A DNA stretch of 64,000 nt from Bordetella parapertussis (GCA_945892985.1 CAMDDU010000001.1:75960-139959), one strand, 5' to 3'. Counted from the first letter of the stretch, positions 24,724 to 35,212 are shown. Notes: a model not told the origin generated them from the letters alone. Program-made: numbers and translations.

Positions 24724-25887
24724 CTAAGCCCGGAGAAGATCGACCGGCTGGAAACGCCCGCCCAGAGCGGCTTTTGCGTCGTTGCCCCACCACTTTTCCA
24801 GAACCGTGGCATAGAGGCTGCGAAAATCGATGCTGTGGACGAGATTACCGTTGTCCAACCGGTCCAGTTGCGGTGCCGGACCATACAGCCCGCCGCGAAC
24901 CTGGCCGCCCATGGCGAAATGGCTGTTGGCGGTGCCATGGTCGGTGCCGTTGGAATTGTTTTCCGCTGCGCGGCGCCCGAATTCGGCGTAGGTCATCACC
25001 AGTGCCGAATTCCAGCGGTTGAGTTCCTGCAAGGCCGCCTTGAACGCGACCAGGCCCTCGGCCAGTTGCTGGAGCAGCTTGGCCTGTTGTCCCGGCTGAT
25101 TCTGGTGGGTATCAAAGCCATTCAAGCTGACCCGCACCGCGGCAACGCCAGCCTGACTGGCAATCACCTGCGAGGCTGTGCGCATGGCGTTGCCAAACTC
25201 GCCATTGGGAAACTCGGTGCGCAGTGGCGCACCGGCGCCAAACTTGCCCGCGGCCTGGACGATCTCGCCTTCGACCTTGAGGATATGCGAGAGCGCCGCG
25301 TTGCCGCGCTTCGCCGATGACGTGGCAAGCCGCGACTGGCGCAGGAACTGTTCGGTGTTGCTCAGCGCGACCGCGCGTGCTCCCCCTGCAAACGGCCCCA
25401 TCTCCTGGCTGCCCACCACCACGCCGTCTGCGACATAGCCCGCGGGAACCGGGTTGGCGGCAAACGCGCGCGCCAGCCAGCCTTCAGTGAGGTACTGCTC
25501 GCTGCCGGAGGCCGTGTCCCATATCTCGATGGAACGAAAATGCGACTGATTGGGCTTGGGGTAACCGAGGCCTTGCACCACGGCCAGTTCTCGCCCCTGC
25601 CACAAAGACATCAGCGCGCCAAGCGAAGGATGCAGTCCCACGCGGTCGGACAATTGCATCACCTCCTCGCGCTTGATGGCGATGCGCGGCCGCAGGCGGT
25701 AGTAGTTCGGATCGGCGTAAGGCACGACCGTATTGAGCCCGTCATTACCGCCTTTTAACTCCACCAGCACCAGCAGGTTGCGATAGCCATACGGCGCAGC
25801 GACGCCCGCGGCAATGGCCCCCGGCATCCAGGCGCTCACCACGGAGCCCGCCGCCAATCCAAGAAAGTCCCGTCGCAACATATTCAT
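24724..25887 (-). CDS. DUF1501 domain protein (sulfatase/alkaline-phosphatase superfamily) with a Tat signal
   Basis: 387 aa. The twin-arginine N-terminus is MNMLRRDFLGLAAGS. GGNDGLNTVVP and GFDTH..Q..., NGTDHGTA are typical DUF1501 motifs. Confidence 0.82.
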   Translation of the reverse strand: MNMLRRDFLGLAAGSVVSAWMPGAIAAGVAAPYGYRNLLVLVELKGGNDGLNTVVPYADPNYYRLRPRIAIKREEVMQLSDRVGLHPSLGALMSLWQGRELAVVQGLGYPKPNQSHFRSIEIWDTASGSEQYLTEGWLARAFAANPVPAGYVADGVVVGSQEMGPFAGGARAVALSNTEQFLRQSRLATSSAKRGNAALSHILKVEGEIVQAAGKFGAGAPLRTEFPNGEFGNAMRTASQVIASQAGVAAVRVSLNGFDTHQNQPGQQAKLLQQLAEGLVAFKAALQELNRWNSALVMTYAEFGRRAAENNSNGTDHGTANSHFAMGGQVRGGLYGPAPQLDRLDNGNLVHSIDFRSLYATVLEKWWGNDAKAALGGRFQPVDLLRA

Positions 25888-25894
25888 CTCCGGC

Positions 25895-27421
25895 TTATTT
25901 CAACTGAAATGCAGGATCGAGCACGAGCTGGCGCAGCCAATCCTTCTCCGCAAGCGTGCCCGGCGTCATCAGCGCATCGTCGACAGGGTCGGTGGCGAGC
26001 ACCGCGCGCCGCGCCAGCGGCGCATAGCCGCCCAGCCCCTTGAACCATGCCGCGCTATCAAAATGAATGTCCGTCAGCGCGCGCACAAAGCGCTCGCGCC
26101 CCTCCTCGCCCAGCCGACCCTGGCCTTTGACCTTGGCGAAGTCCTTCATCCGCGCGCCGTCGGCCATCGCCTGGTTCGACATGGCCTGGGGCGGCATCTC
26201 CTGCGCGCGAAACAGTCGCTCAAGGAATTGCTTGCGCGCCAGCAAGGTGCTCGAATTGATCCACGCCTCGCCGCCGGGCCAGCCCTTGACGTTGGGCGGG
26301 GCAAACAGGTTCTGGCCAAGACTGGCGGTGACCATGGCAAAGGGCAGCGCATCACCGGTCTGGAACTGAAAACTGCGTACAGTTCCGACGACCAGGTCGG
26401 CCGGGGACTTGACCAGGCTGCCGCGCGCCTCCTGCGACCAGAACGCCGGAGACAGCAACAGCCAGCGCAGCGCGGTGCGCGTGTCATAACCGCTTTCACG
26501 AAAACGCGCGGCAATGCGCCTGACTTCGCGCTCATCGGGCAGCGGCGAGACGAATTCGCGCCACAGCTTGCGCGTGATGAATTCGGCCGTCGCCGGTCGC
26601 GCCAGCAGGATGTCGAGTACGGCGTCGCCGTCAAAGTTGCCGCTGGCGCCGAGCACCGTTTTCTGCCCCTCGTCGTGCAAGAAAGGCCGCCAGCGGTATT
26701 CGCCGGTCTCCGGCTCGATGGACCAGCCGGTAAATGCGCGCGCGGCCTCGCGAATATCCGCCTCACCGTACTGGCCCTCGCCCATGGTGAACAACTCCAT
26801 CACCTCGCGCGCAAAATTCTCGTTCGGCTGTCCCTTGCGATTGCTCGCCGAGTCGAGGTAAAGAATCATCGCCGGGTCCTTGGCGGCGGCGTGGAGCAAG
26901 GCGGCGAAATTGCCAAGGGCATGCTGGCGCAGCAACAGGTTCTGGCGATACATCAGCTGCACGTACCTGACTTTTTGCTGGCTGGAGACAAAGTGGTTGT
27001 GCCAGAACAGCGTCATGCGCTCGACCAGGGGCGAAGGCGTGACAATCATCTCCGCCAGCCACCAGCCGCGCAACTCAAAGCCGCGCCTTACCTGCTCCTG
27101 CTGGAAGGCCTTGCGCGCCGACTCTCCGGCATCGCGCAACTGCCGTGGCGGCGTGATGGCTTCGTTGACCCACGCCGGTACTGGCTGTGCTGCGACTGTC
27201 CTGGCGGGCCGCAACAGGCGCTCAACCGCCTGTTCGCGGGTGAGCATGGAGAATTCGGCGATTTCTCCCGGACTGGCGCCAAATCCGCTGCGATTGAGCA
27301 AATGCCGGGCTTCGTCAAATCCCATCCCGGCGCCGTTCGCGCGTACGCTAGGCGAAAAAACCAAGACGCCCAGACCGAGCAGCAGCACCCAGTAGCCAAT
27401 ACGCGTCAGTAGATCTCTCAT
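25895..27421 (-). CDS. DUF1800 domain protein
   Basis: 508 aa from ATG 27421 (MRDLLTRIGYWVLLLGLGVLVF, a signal/anchor). ARHLLNRSGFGASPGEI, MTLFWHNHFVSS and NENFAREVMELFTMG are DUF1800 hallmarks. It ends 7 nt before the DUF1501 start. Confidence 0.82.
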   Translation of the reverse strand: MRDLLTRIGYWVLLLGLGVLVFSPSVRANGAGMGFDEARHLLNRSGFGASPGEIAEFSMLTREQAVERLLRPARTVAAQPVPAWVNEAITPPRQLRDAGESARKAFQQEQVRRGFELRGWWLAEMIVTPSPLVERMTLFWHNHFVSSQQKVRYVQLMYRQNLLLRQHALGNFAALLHAAAKDPAMILYLDSASNRKGQPNENFAREVMELFTMGEGQYGEADIREAARAFTGWSIEPETGEYRWRPFLHDEGQKTVLGASGNFDGDAVLDILLARPATAEFITRKLWREFVSPLPDEREVRRIAARFRESGYDTRTALRWLLLSPAFWSQEARGSLVKSPADLVVGTVRSFQFQTGDALPFAMVTASLGQNLFAPPNVKGWPGGEAWINSSTLLARKQFLERLFRAQEMPPQAMSNQAMADGARMKDFAKVKGQGRLGEEGRERFVRALTDIHFDSAAWFKGLGGYAPLARRAVLATDPVDDALMTPGTLAEKDWLRQLVLDPAFQLK

Positions 27422-27467
27422 GTCATGGGAACCAAGACGGGGACGAAGGATATCGAAGCGCGTCGCC

Positions 27468-27785
27468 CTAGGGCCGCTGTGGCCGGCCCTGCCCCTGGCC
27501 TTGCCCTTGCCAGGATCGCTGTCCGCCCGACTGACCGCCGTAAATATCCCGCCCATGATCGCTGATGTCGCGGCGCAGTTGCTGGCGCTCGTCACTGCTC
27601 ATCGAGCGCCTCTCGGTCTGGCGGTCGCGCTCATCGCGACGACCGGCGCGCTCGCGAACCGCGCGATCGCGCTCCGCCGGCGACATCTGTTGCCACCGCT
27701 GGCGATCGGGCGATTGCTGTGCCCCCGCCCACGTCGGGGCCAGCGCGAGGGCGCACAGCAAGGTGGCGACGATGTGGGCGTTCAT
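27468..27785 (-). CDS. Small secreted Arg/Gln/Asp-rich protein with a Gly/Gln tail, function unknown
   Basis: 105 aa. The signal peptide is MNAHIVATLLCALALAPTWAGA. The mature part has W.QMSPAERDR / SSDERQQLRRD repeats, faintly DUF3106-like, and ends GQGQGQGRPQRP. It is divergent from ompR. Coding status is not certain. Confidence 0.5.
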   Translation of the reverse strand: MNAHIVATLLCALALAPTWAGAQQSPDRQRWQQMSPAERDRAVRERAGRRDERDRQTERRSMSSDERQQLRRDISDHGRDIYGGQSGGQRSWQGQGQGQGRPQRP

Positions 27786-27986
27786 GGTCTTTCCTTTGCC
27801 GCGAAGCGGCGATTTAACAAAAAAACATCCAATTGCGTGTTATCCGGGGCGACCGGGCTTTGCCGGTACAAGGACAAAGACCCGCCCTCCAGCCTAACAA
27901 GCTTCCTTGCCAAGACTCCTCGTCAAGGTCTCGTCTGCTCTGTTGATGACGCATGGTAATACCAAGGTGTAAGCATACTGTTGAGA

Positions 27987-27994
27987 GGGGGGGG
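27987..27994. repeat. G8 homopolymer in the ompR upstream region
   Basis: Counted directly: gagGGGGGGGGaag. Confidence 0.9.
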
Positions 27995-28099
27995 AAGTTT
28001 GTAAGAAATTGTTGCAAAGTCCACTTTGGCAACGCCTTGTTACCGGCGCCATCGCCTCGCCCTGTGGCACCGAACGGCCACTAGGGCTAGGATACGCAC

Positions 28100-28822
28100 A
28101 TGCCAGAAGCCAAAACAAAGATCCTCGTCGTCGACGACGACCTCAGACTGCGCGACCTGCTCGACCGCTACCTGGCCGAACAGGGCTTTGCCGTGCGCTC
28201 CGCAAGTGACGCCGCCGCCATGGATAAGCTGCTCGTGCGCGAACGCTTTGACCTGCTGGTTCTGGACTTGATGATGCCGGGCGAAGATGGTCTGTCGATA
28301 TGCCGTCGCCTGCGCGGTGCCAAGAACATGGTGCCCATCATCATGCTTACCGCCAAAGGCGAGGACGTCGACCGTATTGTCGGCCTCGAAATGGGCGCGG
28401 ACGACTACCTGCCCAAACCCTTCAACCCGCGCGAGCTCGTTGCCCGCATCAACGCCGTCATGCGGCGGCGTACCGATCCGCTGCCGCCGGGCGCACCCGG
28501 GGAGCAGGGCGAGGTCGAGTTTGGCGGCATGGTGGTCAATCTGGCCACTCGCACCCTCACCAAGAACGGCGTCGCCGCCGCGCTCACCACCGGCGAGTTT
28601 GCCCTGCTCAAAGTCCTGGTCACGCATGCGCGCACGCCACTGTCGCGCGACAAGCTGATGGAACTGGCGCGCGGCCGCGAATACGAGGTGTTTGACCGCT
28701 CCATTGACGTGCAGATATCGCGCCTGCGCAAACTTATCGAAGCCGATCCTGCCCATCCCACCCACATCCAGACGGTCTGGGGATTCGGCTACGTGTTCAT
28801 TCCGGACGGCAAGCCCACTTAG
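28100..28822 (+). CDS. ompR: OmpR-family response regulator
   Basis: 240 aa. It has KILVVDDDLRLRDLL, MMPGEDG and LTAKGE, plus a winged-helix C-terminus (IQTVWGFGYVF). Confidence 0.92.
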   Translation: MPEAKTKILVVDDDLRLRDLLDRYLAEQGFAVRSASDAAAMDKLLVRERFDLLVLDLMMPGEDGLSICRRLRGAKNMVPIIMLTAKGEDVDRIVGLEMGADDYLPKPFNPRELVARINAVMRRRTDPLPPGAPGEQGEVEFGGMVVNLATRTLTKNGVAAALTTGEFALLKVLVTHARTPLSRDKLMELARGREYEVFDRSIDVQISRLRKLIEADPAHPTHIQTVWGFGYVFIPDGKPT

Positions 28823-28893
28823 TTTCGCGCCCAAGACCGCAGGCGGCCCGCAAGCAGGGGCGCAGCCTTACCTTCACTCCGCTCCGACCTCCG

Positions 28894-30213
28894 ATGTCCC
28901 TCCTCCCCCGCTCACTGTTCTGGCGCACGTTTCTCCTGATCGCGCTGCTGGTGCTGGTGTCGACGCTGGCCTGGTTCCAGATTTTCAGCTTTTACGAGCG
29001 CGGACCGCGTATCCACCAGATCGCCCAGACGGTGGCGAGCGTGGTCAACCTGACGCGCACAGCCCTGGTGACCGCGCACGCGGAAAAGCGCCGCGACCTG
29101 TTACTGCAATTGTCCGAACACGAAGGCATCCGGATTTATCCGGTCGAGGACGATGAACACATCATTCTTCCCCCCGCCGATATGCCATCGATGCAAATGA
29201 TCGCCGACGAAGTGCGCCTGCACCTTGGTGAAAAGACGCGCTTTGCCATGCAGCGCAACGGTGTTTCGGGTTTCTGGGTGACCTTTCGCGTCGAAGAAGA
29301 CGAATACTGGGTGCGCCTGCCGCGCGAGCGCATCGAGCGCCAGGCGACGCTACAGTGGCTGGGCTGGGGCTCGGTGGCCCTGCTGCTCTCGCTGGCTGCT
29401 GCCGGCCTGCTGGTGTCGCGCCTGAGCCGGCCGCTCAAGGCCTTGTCGCGCGCCGCGACGGAAATCGGCCGCGGACGCCAGCCCGAACCGGTGGCCGAAA
29501 CCGGACCGGCCGAAGTGGCCACCCTCACCCGCGCCTTCAACCAGATGTCGCGCGACCTAGCGCGCCTCGATGAAGACCGCGCACTCATACTGGCAGGTGT
29601 GTCGCACGACCTGAGAACGCCACTTTCACGCATGCGCCTAGGTATCGAGATGAGCAACACCGATGAAGCGATGAAGGACGGCATGATCGCCGACATCGAG
29701 GAAATGGACCGCATCATCAGCCAGTTTCTCGACTTCGCCCGCGCCGACGGCGGCGAGGCTTTGTCTGAGCTTTCGATGGCAACGCTGGCATCGGAAATCG
29801 CCGACCGCTACCAAAAGCTCGGCCAGAAGATCAGCGCCAGTTGCACGCCGGTGCGCGAAGTGCCGATGCGGGCCATGGCCATGCGGCGGGTGATGAACAA
29901 TCTTGTCGATAACGCCATGCGCTACGGCAGCGCCGAGGTGGCGTTACTGGTACGCGAAGATGCGATCGGCGTCATTCTCGAGGTGTGTGACCGCGGCCCC
30001 GGTATTCCCCCCGCCGATGCCGAACGGCTCAAGCAGCCTTTCACGCGCCTCGAAACCGCGCGCAGCGGCAAAGGCGGATCAGGCCTGGGACTGGCCATTG
30101 TCGATCGCATCGTGCGCGCCCACGGCGGCCGCTTCGACCTCCTGCCGCGCGAGGGCGGCGGCCTGGTTGCCCGCGTCAGCCTGCCATTTGAGAAATATCG
30201 CGGCAAGGCATGA
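28894..30213 (+). CDS. envZ: EnvZ-like osmosensor histidine kinase
   Basis: 439 aa with two TM segments, a HAMP domain, H-box GVSHDLRTPLSRMRL, and N/G boxes (NLVDNAMRYG, GSGLGLAIV). It sits directly downstream of ompR. Confidence 0.88.
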   Translation: MSLLPRSLFWRTFLLIALLVLVSTLAWFQIFSFYERGPRIHQIAQTVASVVNLTRTALVTAHAEKRRDLLLQLSEHEGIRIYPVEDDEHIILPPADMPSMQMIADEVRLHLGEKTRFAMQRNGVSGFWVTFRVEEDEYWVRLPRERIERQATLQWLGWGSVALLLSLAAAGLLVSRLSRPLKALSRAATEIGRGRQPEPVAETGPAEVATLTRAFNQMSRDLARLDEDRALILAGVSHDLRTPLSRMRLGIEMSNTDEAMKDGMIADIEEMDRIISQFLDFARADGGEALSELSMATLASEIADRYQKLGQKISASCTPVREVPMRAMAMRRVMNNLVDNAMRYGSAEVALLVREDAIGVILEVCDRGPGIPPADAERLKQPFTRLETARSGKGGSGLGLAIVDRIVRAHGGRFDLLPREGGGLVARVSLPFEKYRGKA

Positions 30214-30246
30214 CCCGCCCCGATGTTCTGTTTCCGCACTAGCAGG

Positions 30247-30285
30247 ATGGCTGGAAACCCTCGCCAGACGGGCATTTCCAGCCAT
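30247..30285. repeat. Inverted repeat with 11-bp arms (ATGGCTGGAAA-N17-TTTCCAGCCAT) in the convergent envZ/ispF gap; possible bidirectional terminator
   Basis: Read directly. No strong T-tract on either side, so a terminator function is only a possibility. Confidence 0.5.
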
Positions 30286-30327
30286 TTAGCCCGAACTGAG
30301 CAGTCCGGTTTGAGGCATACCTGGAGC

Positions 30328-30825
30328 CTAGTCACCACCTGTAGATTCGAACCTGGCTTTCTCCAGCAGCACAACTGCCTCCGCGGCAATGCCCTCGCCA
30401 CGCCCGGTAAAACCAAGAAACTCGGTAGTCTTGGCCTTGACGTTGACGTCCCCCGCAGCGATGCCGACATCCTCGGCGATGCGTTTCACCATTGCCGGAA
30501 TGTGCGGCGCCATTTTCGGTGCTTGCGCGATGATGGTCGCATCGATGTTGACCACGGCGAAGCCGGCTTCACGTACCCGTTTGGCGGCCTCGCGCAGCAG
30601 TACGCGACTGTCGGCACCTTTGAATTTGGGATCGGTATCCGGAAAATGCCGGCCGATGTCGCCAAGTCCCGCCCCACCGAACAAGGCGTCGGTGATGGCG
30701 TGCAGCAGCACGTCGGCATCGGAATGCCCGTCCAGGCCCTTCTCGAACGGGATAGCAACCCCGCCGATAATGAGCTTGCGCCCGACCACCAGCGCGTGCA
30801 CGTCAAAGCCCTGACCTATCCTCAT
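30328..30825 (-). CDS. ispF: 2-C-methyl-D-erythritol 2,4-cyclodiphosphate synthase
   Basis: 165 aa. [23 protein letters not shown]...[18 protein letters not shown] is canonical. Confidence 0.95.
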   Translation of the reverse strand: MRIGQGFDVHALVVGRKLIIGGVAIPFEKGLDGHSDADVLLHAITDALFGGAGLGDIGRHFPDTDPKFKGADSRVLLREAAKRVREAGFAVVNIDATIIAQAPKMAPHIPAMVKRIAEDVGIAAGDVNVKAKTTEFLGFTGRGEGIAAEAVVLLEKARFESTGGD

Positions 30826-31511
30826 TTCCGTCCTTTCAGCAGGCTCTCCGCCATGACGATGTCGGCGGGGTAAGTCACCTTGAGATTGTTGCGCGAGCCC
30901 TCAACCAGCAGCGGCCGCATACCCAATTGTTCCACCGCAGAGGCCTCATCCGTCACTTGCCCGGCTTTGTTCAGCGCTTCGAGCAGCACGCCGTGGCGAA
31001 ACATTTGCGGAGTCTGCGCCTGCCACAGGCCTTCGCGTGAGGGCGTGCTCTGCGCCCGCCCCGCTGCATTCGCGCGCTTGAGCGTGTCGGCGACAGGAAC
31101 CGCCAGCAAACCACCGCTGCCGTCCGCCATGACCGCGTCAATCAGCTTTAACAGGTCGGCGCGCGCAAGACACGGCCGCGCAGCGTCGTGCACCAGCACC
31201 CAATCGTCGGGGTCGAGCAGGCTCGATGCCGCGATCAGGCCGTTGAGCACGCTGTCGCGCCGTGACATGCCGCCGCAATAAAGCGGTGCGATCCTGTGCG
31301 CATCGGCGCCAAAATTCAGGTCACGAAAATACCCGTCACCCGGCGTGAGCACGACAAACACGGTTTCGACGGCGGGCACGGCCAGCAGCGCGCCCACCGC
31401 GTGTTCCAGCATCGGACGGCCGGCGAGCTCGATGTACTGCTTGGGCCTATCCTCGCCCATGCGCGCGCCGGACCCGGCGGCGGGAATCAGGCCGAAAAGT
31501 CCTGCTGCCAT
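30822..31511 (-). CDS. ispD: 2-C-methyl-D-erythritol 4-phosphate cytidylyltransferase
   Basis: 229 aa. [15 protein letters not shown] and [10 protein letters not shown] are IspD motifs. It overlaps ispF by 4 nt. Confidence 0.93.
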   Translation of the reverse strand: MAAGLFGLIPAAGSGARMGEDRPKQYIELAGRPMLEHAVGALLAVPAVETVFVVLTPGDGYFRDLNFGADAHRIAPLYCGGMSRRDSVLNGLIAASSLLDPDDWVLVHDAARPCLARADLLKLIDAVMADGSGGLLAVPVADTLKRANAAGRAQSTPSREGLWQAQTPQMFRHGVLLEALNKAGQVTDEASAVEQLGMRPLLVEGSRNNLKVTYPADIVMAESLLKGRK

Positions 31512-31693
31512 AGCTGAAATAGGTGGGGAGCAAGGGAAATTGGAGGATACAACACGGTATAATTATATAGGTCTCGCGTAACCCCGCGTAACGACTGGAG
31601 CCGGCTCTACCCCCGGTTTTCGTCGAACGCGGGTTTTGCTATTTCTGCGAGCGAATTAACACCAGTCTCTCCATCATCAACGGCCTGCATTTT

Positions 31694-34600
31694 GTGAATG
31701 ACGAGTTCCTCGCTTTGAACGCACCTGAAGCCAAACCGCGGGGTGGCACCCCGCCTGGCCACAAAGTCATATTCAGCGGCCTGGCCGGCTCGGCTGATGC
31801 GCTGGCGCTCGCCCGCTGCGCGCGTGAGCACGGCCCGCTGGTGGTAATTTGCGCGCAGGCGGCCGAGACGCAGCGGTTGCGCGAAGAGACGGCGTGGTTC
31901 GACGCCGATTTGCGCACGCTGCTGCTGCCCGACTGGGAGACCCTGCCCTACGACCACTTCTCGCCGCACAGCGACCTGGTATCGGAGCGGCTTGCCACGC
32001 TATACCAGATCTCGCGCAGTGAATTTGATCTGGTGTTCATCCCGGCATCGACGGCGCTTTACCGCCTCGGGCCGCCGTCCTATCTTGCCGCGTACACCTT
32101 CTTTCTGAAAGAAGGCCTCGCACTGGAACTCGAAGCCCTGCGCAAGCAACTGTCCCTTGCCGCCTACAGCCATGTCAGCCAGGTGGTGGCGCCGGGCGAG
32201 TATTGCGTGCGCGGCGGCCTGGTGGATCTTTTTCCCATGGGCAGCGCGCTGCCCTACCGCATCGACCTGATGGACGACCAGGTCGAGTCCATCCGCACCT
32301 TCGATGTGGATTCGCAGCGCACGCTTTATCCGGTCAAGGAAGTGCGCCTGTTGCCGGCGCGCGAATTTCCACTTGACGAGGCCGGGCGCAACCGTTTTCG
32401 CAGTCGCTGGCGCGAGGTGTTTGAGGGCGATCCGACGCGCAGCTCAACCTACAAGGATGTCAGCAGCGGCATCGCCCCGGCCGGCATCGAGTACTACCTG
32501 CCGCTATTTTTCGAAGGGACGGCAACGCTATTCGATTATCTTCCGTCGGGCGTGACACTCGCCATGCACCATGACGTGCACGCCGCCGCGCTCGATTTCT
32601 GGCGCGACGCCAATTCGCGCCACAAGCTCCTTGACGGCGACCGCACCCGGCCGATTTTGCCCCCCGCGGAGTTATTCCTCGGCGCCGAGGAATTTTTCAT
32701 CGCCGCCGCGGCGCTCCCGCGCATCGAAATAAAGCCCGCGGGCGGCGACGCAGGCGCAACGCAAACACTTAGCACGTCCGTATTGCCGGAAGTCGCCGTG
32801 GAACGCCGTGCCGACGATCCGCTGCAAAAACTCAAGGATTTATTGCGCGACAAGGGCGTGCGCACCCTGCTAATCGCCGAATCGGCGGGACGGCGCGAAA
32901 CCATGCTGCAGTATTTGCATGAATACGGCGTCAAACCCGCCGCCGCCGCCGGTTTCAAGGCGTTTTCCGATTCAAGTGAGCCCTTCGCCTTGTCCGTCGG
33001 CCCCTTGCTCAACGGCTTTGCCGTCGACAGCGAGCAGTGGCGCGTCATTACCGAATCCGAACTCTATGCCGGCACCGCGCGCTCGCGCAGCCTGCGCGAC
33101 AAGGCGCGCCAGAGTTCGGTCGAAAATATGCTGCGCGACTTGTCTGAACTCAAGGTCGGCGACCCGGTGGTCCATACCGAGCACGGGATCGGACGCTATC
33201 AGGGGCTGGTGAACCTTGATTTTGGCGAAGGCGAGACCGAGTTTCTACTGCTCGAATATGCCGGCAACGACAAACTCTATGTTCCAGTCGCGCAATTGCA
33301 TGTCATCGGCCGTTATTCGGGCGGACCGCCCGAAGCGGCGCCCATGCACAGGCTAGGCGGAGAACAATGGGAAAAAGCCAAGAAGAAAGCCGCCGCCCAG
33401 GTCCGCGACACCGCCGCAGAACTACTGCATTTGTATGCCTTGCGCGCGGCAAGAAAAGGCCATGCCTTCGATGTCAAAACCCATGATATCGAGGCCTTCA
33501 GCGAAGGCTTCGGTTTCGAGGAAACGCCCGACCAAATGGCGGCAATCAACGCCGTGATTGAGGACATGCGCGCAGGCAAGCCGATGGACCGCTTGGTTTG
33601 CGGCGACGTCGGCTTCGGCAAGACCGAAGTGGCGCTGCGCGCCGCCTTCGTTGCGATCGCCGATGGCAAGCAGGTAGCCGTGCTCGCGCCCACCACGCTG
33701 CTGGCGGAACAACATTTCCAGACTTTTTCCGACCGTTTTGCCGACTGGCCGGTCAAACTGGCGGAGTTGTCGCGCTTTCGCACCGGCAAGGAAACAACTG
33801 CGGCGATAAAGGGCATAGGCGAGGGCAGCATAGACATCGTCATAGGCACCCACAAGCTGCTGCAAAACGACGTCAAATTTCCCCGCCTAGGCCTGGTCAT
33901 TGTCGACGAGGAGCACCGCTTCGGCGTGCGTCAAAAAGAACGACTAAAGGCGCTGCGTGCGGAGGTCGATATCCTGACCCTGACTGCCACGCCGATCCCG
34001 CGCACCCTTGCCATGTCTTTGGAAGGCCTGCGTGAACTTTCCGTGATCGCCACCGCACCAGCCAAGCGCCTCGCCATCAAGACTTTTGTCAGCACCTACG
34101 GCGACGGGCTCATCCGGGAAGCTGTCCTGCGCGAACTCAAGCGCGGCGGCCAGGTGTATTTCCTCCACAACGAAGTGGACACCATCGAACTGATGCGCGC
34201 CAAGCTGACCAAGCTCCTGCCCGAGGCGCGCATCACGGTGGCGCACGGGCAACTGCGCGAGCGCGAGCTCGAGCGTGTGATGCGCGAATTCCTGCAGCAG
34301 CGGCACAACGTTCTGATCTGCTCGACCATCATCGAGACGGGCATAGACATCCCGACCGTCAACACCATCCTGATCAACCGTGCCGACCGCTTTGGACTCG
34401 CGCAATTGCACCAACTTCGCGGCCGCGTCGGGCGTTCTCACCATCAGGCCTATGCCTACCTGCTGATTCCGGACGAAGCGGCGCTATCGCCCCTCGCCAA
34501 GAAACGCCTCGAGGCGATCCAGATGATGGAAGAGCTGGGTTCAGGCTTTTATCTGGCCATGCACGACCTGGAGATCCGCGGCGCAGGCGAAGTGCTGGGC

Positions 34601-35161
34601 GAATCGCAGTCCGGGGAGATGCAGGAAATCGGCTTCAACCTGTACAACGACATGCTCAACATGGCGATCCGTTCGCTCAAGCAGGGCAAGGAACCCGACC
34701 TTACCCAGCCCTTTGAAGTCACGACCGAGATCAACCTGCACACCCCCGCCCTGCTGACCAATGAATATTGCTCTGACGTGCACGAGCGCCTGACCCTCTA
34801 CAAACGCCTGGCCAATTGCGGCAGCGAAGAGGAACTTGAGCGCCTTCACGAAGAATTGATCGATCGCTTTGGTTTGCCCCCCGAGCAGACGCAGGCTTTA
34901 CTCGACAGCCACCGCCTGCGCATCCTCGGCAAACCGCTCGGTGTCGCGCGGGTTGACGCCACCGGAGATTCCGTGCAACTGCAATTTACAGAGCACCCAC
35001 CGCTGGACGCCGGCCGCATGATGGTCCTGATGAAAAAAAACGGCTGGCGCCTGATGGGCCCCAACCGGTTGCGCGCCAACGCTAAAGGCGAAACCCCGTC
35101 CGCGCGCGCCGATGAGGCCCGGCGCATTCTCGAAACCCTCATACAGGCCGTCGCCACCTGA
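31694..35161 (+). CDS. mfd: Transcription-repair coupling factor
   Basis: 1155 aa. It has a UvrB-homology N-terminus, an RNAP-interacting domain, superfamily-2 helicase motifs (GDVGFGKTEVALRAAF, DEEHRFGV, QLHQLRGRVGRS) and a TRG motif. GTG start at 31694. Confidence 0.95.
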   Translation: MNDEFLALNAPEAKPRGGTPPGHKVIFSGLAGSADALALARCAREHGPLVVICAQAAETQRLREETAWFDADLRTLLLPDWETLPYDHFSPHSDLVSERLATLYQISRSEFDLVFIPASTALYRLGPPSYLAAYTFFLKEGLALELEALRKQLSLAAYSHVSQVVAPGEYCVRGGLVDLFPMGSALPYRIDLMDDQVESIRTFDVDSQRTLYPVKEVRLLPAREFPLDEAGRNRFRSRWREVFEGDPTRSSTYKDVSSGIAPAGIEYYLPLFFEGTATLFDYLPSGVTLAMHHDVHAAALDFWRDANSRHKLLDGDRTRPILPPAELFLGAEEFFIAAAALPRIEIKPAGGDAGATQTLSTSVLPEVAVERRADDPLQKLKDLLRDKGVRTLLIAESAGRRETMLQYLHEYGVKPAAAAGFKAFSDSSEPFALSVGPLLNGFAVDSEQWRVITESELYAGTARSRSLRDKARQSSVENMLRDLSELKVGDPVVHTEHGIGRYQGLVNLDFGEGETEFLLLEYAGNDKLYVPVAQLHVIGRYSGGPPEAAPMHRLGGEQWEKAKKKAAAQVRDTAAELLHLYALRAARKGHAFDVKTHDIEAFSEGFGFEETPDQMAAINAVIEDMRAGKPMDRLVCGDVGFGKTEVALRAAFVAIADGKQVAVLAPTTLLAEQHFQTFSDRFADWPVKLAELSRFRTGKETTAAIKGIGEGSIDIVIGTHKLLQNDVKFPRLGLVIVDEEHRFGVRQKERLKALRAEVDILTLTATPIPRTLAMSLEGLRELSVIATAPAKRLAIKTFVSTYGDGLIREAVLRELKRGGQVYFLHNEVDTIELMRAKLTKLLPEARITVAHGQLRERELERVMREFLQQRHNVLICSTIIETGIDIPTVNTILINRADRFGLAQLHQLRGRVGRSHHQAYAYLLIPDEAALSPLAKKRLEAIQMMEELGSGFYLAMHDLEIRGAGEVLGESQSGEMQEIGFNLYNDMLNMAIRSLKQGKEPDLTQPFEVTTEINLHTPALLTNEYCSDVHERLTLYKRLANCGSEEELERLHEELIDRFGLPPEQTQALLDSHRLRILGKPLGVARVDATGDSVQLQFTEHPPLDAGRMMVLMKKNGWRLMGPNRLRANAKGETPSARADEARRILETLIQAVAT

Positions 35162-35212
35162 AGCGCAACCCTGTTCGCAGGGGCCGCATAACCGGAAAAA
35201 AACCAACTACTT

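Noticed and set aside
25814-27412. 532-aa plus-strand ORF
   Set aside because: It is antisense to the DUF1800 gene and has the same shadow-ORF composition. The minus-strand product has clear family motifs.
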